Source of the DNA: Malacoraja senta | Taxonomy: Eukaryota | Assembly (NCBI GenBank): GCA_038087875.1 | Contig: CM075987.1 | Coordinates: 21,020,001 to 21,084,000 of the forward strand | Reading direction: 5' to 3' | Length of the DNA stretch: 64,000 nt | The notes under the pieces: model-generated | Told to the model about the DNA's origin: nothing | What the model saw: only the letters and a program-made list of their open reading frames with translations | Database searches by the model: none | In this document: in pieces, positions 61,923 through 64,000 of the stretch | How the letters are laid out: every line of letters begins with the position of its first letter | Position numbering within the stretch: position 1 is the first letter of the stretch | Translations under genes and position numbers: made by a program

Positions 61923-64000
61923 ATGCATGACGACAATCAAAAGAAAATAGGAGGAATCACATTATGTAGTTGGAATATAAGGGGGATTAATGAACCTATT
62001 AAAAGGGGCAAGATACTAGCTCAGTTGAAATCATACAACACGGACATTGCGTTTCTACAGGAAACACATCTTAAACAGCAAGATCAGACAAGACTGAGGG
62101 CGAACTGGATAGGCCAAACATTTCACTCTTCATTTACCTCCAAATCTAGAGGTACTGCAATTATTATTCGTAAAGGAATTCCATTTAAATCAAAGAACAC
62201 TATTTTAGATAAGGAAGGGAGATATCTTATAGTAGCAGGGGAGATCAATAATATGCCAATTACGCTGGTAAACATATATGCGCCCAACTTTGATAACCCT
62301 CAATTTTTTAATAAAATTCTGAATATAATTGCAGAATCTAATTATCAAAATGTTATAATCGGAGGAGATTTTAATTGTGTTTTAGATCCTTATTTAGATA
62401 AATCGATGCAAAAACAAAAAGGTCAGACGAAATCTAAAACCAGTGAACTCTTACACACATATATGGAAAACACAAATATAACAGATGTATGGAGGATTGC
62501 AAACCCGACGGGAAGGGATTACTCGTTTTATTCAATGGTGCATAAAACATATTCACGGATAGACTATTTTCTTGTGGATACAAAATTAATTTCGCAATCT
62601 CTGAATCCTAAATATCATATTAATGCGATCTCAGATCATTCTCCGTTAACTTTTGTTCTAAAACTAGAAGGAATGTCTATGAATAAACCGTTCTGGAGGT
62701 TTAACTCACAAATTTTAAAAGACCCTCAAGGGAGTATCTATCTAAAAAAACAGATGGATCTATTTTTTGAGTTAAATGATACACCAGAGATATCCCCCAC
62801 GTTATTATGGGAATCCTTCAAAGCATTTATAAGAGGAGTCATTATTTCATTTCAAGCTTATCAAAATAAAAAGAATAAGAATGAACAAAGACACTTAGAA
62901 GATCAAATAAAACAGTTAGATATAGATAATGCTAAAGACCCAACTATGGATAAACATAATAAAATACTACTACTGAAATTTCAGTTAAATAAATTACTGT
63001 CAGAGAAAGTTATAACATTATTTCAAATCACAAAACAAGAACACTTCGAATTCGGGGACAAACCCCACAAACTTCTAGCACGACAACTTAAAAAACGGGA
63101 AAAAGAGAATGCAATATTAAAGATTAAATCAGATAGAGGGGAAGTATTAACACTACCCAAGGATATTAATAAAAGATTTGCTCAATTTTACCAGAATCTA
63201 TACACATCTAAAACGTCAATAGACAATAATAAAATCTCAGAATTTTTAGATAATTGTAATCTACCACAATTAGAACGCAGGGAACAAGAGGAACTGGGAG
63301 CACAAATTACTTCTAAGGAGATAGAAGACACAATAAAAACACTAAAAAATGGAAAAACACCAGGACCAGACGGATTCAGTAATGAATTTTATAAATCTTT
63401 TTATGATATAGTTACTCCACGATTACAAAAAATGTATACATATGCTTATAAAGAGCAAAACCTACCTGAAACACTAGCGGAATCAACGATCATATTAATA
63501 CTTAAAAAAGATAAAAATATAGAAGAACCAGGATCATATAGAGCTATTGCTTTGTTAAATACGGATCAGAAAATAATAGCAAAAACATTAGCCAATAGAT
63601 TAAGCAAGTATGTTAGTAGACTAATACATGAGGATCAAACAGGATTTATACCTAAGAGACACTCATTTAATAATTTGAGACGTTTGCTTAACATAATGCA
63701 TTCACATAAATCTGATGACCAAGAGTTAGCTATCATCTCACTGGACGCAGAAAAAGCGTTTGATCAAGTAGAATGGGACTATATGATCAAAGTATTGCAA
63801 AAATTCCAATTGGGAGAAAACTTTATTGCATGGATAAAACTACTATATAACAAACCTACGGCTAGAATACTAACTAATAATATATTATCTTCAAAATTCG
63901 AATTATCTAGGGGCAACAGACAAGGATGTTCACTATCACCGCTGTTATTTGCTTTGGTAATTGAACCCCTTGCTGAAAAAATAAGAACACACTCGAATAT
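61923..64000 (+). CDS. L1 ORF2p (APE endonuclease + start of reverse transcriptase), partial, runs off the window
   Basis: Manual translation from ATG 61923 shows no stop to 64000: SWNIRG, FLQETH, NIYAPN, GGDFN, SRIDY, SDHSP (APE); KTPGPDGF, YRAIALLNTDQK, SLDAEKAFD, RQGCSLSPLLF (RT). Absent from the ORF track, presumably because it has no stop in the window. Confidence 0.95.
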   Translation, partial: MHDDNQKKIGGITLCSWNIRGINEPIKRGKILAQLKSYNTDIAFLQETHLKQQDQTRLRANWIGQTFHSSFTSKSRGTAIIIRKGIPFKSKNTILDKEGRYLIVAGEINNMPITLVNIYAPNFDNPQFFNKILNIIAESNYQNVIIGGDFNCVLDPYLDKSMQKQKGQTKSKTSELLHTYMENTNITDVWRIANPTGRDYSFYSMVHKTYSRIDYFLVDTKLISQSLNPKYHINAISDHSPLTFVLKLEGMSMNKPFWRFNSQILKDPQGSIYLKKQMDLFFELNDTPEISPTLLWESFKAFIRGVIISFQAYQNKKNKNEQRHLEDQIKQLDIDNAKDPTMDKHNKILLLKFQLNKLLSEKVITLFQITKQEHFEFGDKPHKLLARQLKKREKENAILKIKSDRGEVLTLPKDINKRFAQFYQNLYTSKTSIDNNKISEFLDNCNLPQLERREQEELGAQITSKEIEDTIKTLKNGKTPGPDGFSNEFYKSFYDIVTPRLQKMYTYAYKEQNLPETLAESTIILILKKDKNIEEPGSYRAIALLNTDQKIIAKTLANRLSKYVSRLIHEDQTGFIPKRHSFNNLRRLLNIMHSHKSDDQELAIISLDAEKAFDQVEWDYMIKVLQKFQLGENFIAWIKLLYNKPTARILTNNILSSKFELSRGNRQGCSLSPLLFALVIEPLAEKIRTHSN

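Larger units (their letters stand above)
59530..64000 (+). mobile_element. L1-clade LINE, apparently full-length at the 5' end and intact as far as the window goes
   Basis: CpG-rich 5'UTR starting (g)cttccggttgcg, then ORF1, a ~1.2 kb inter-ORF spacer and ORF2. It interrupts an old minus-strand CR1 at an A-rich site (tataaaaa). Confidence 0.93.

Noticed and set aside
50216..64000. FIBCD1 exon 2 (transmembrane segment) and QRFP
   Set aside because: No matching peptide seen; presumed beyond the window.

Overview
Repeat-rich vertebrate genomic DNA. The repeat families point to a cartilaginous fish, probably a skate or ray (inference). I can support only two host-gene exons, arranged head-to-head about 31.4 kb apart: coding exon 1 of a laminin gamma chain (LAMC3; minus, 18402-18777) and coding exon 1 of FIBCD1 (plus, 50150-50215, missed by the ORF track). 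This is the same divergent order as at human 9q34. The rest is LAMC3 intron 1, intergenic DNA with a 200-N gap, and FIBCD1 intron 1. It is filled with CR1, Rex1/Babar, L2 and RTE LINE fragments, V-SINE/HE1-like and DeuSINE-like SINEs, a clean hAT MITE, a Helitron-like element, and an apparently intact L1 whose ORF2 runs off the window. The most notable signal is a dense population of Penelope-like (Neptune-type, GIY-YIG) elements and short derivatives of them. Many derivatives are flanked by target-site duplications (TSDs), are often fold-back, and carry minimal hammerhead-ribozyme motifs (CUGAAGA-A-stem II-GAAACGUH). All calls are by eye, without database searches, and boundaries of old repeats are approximate.
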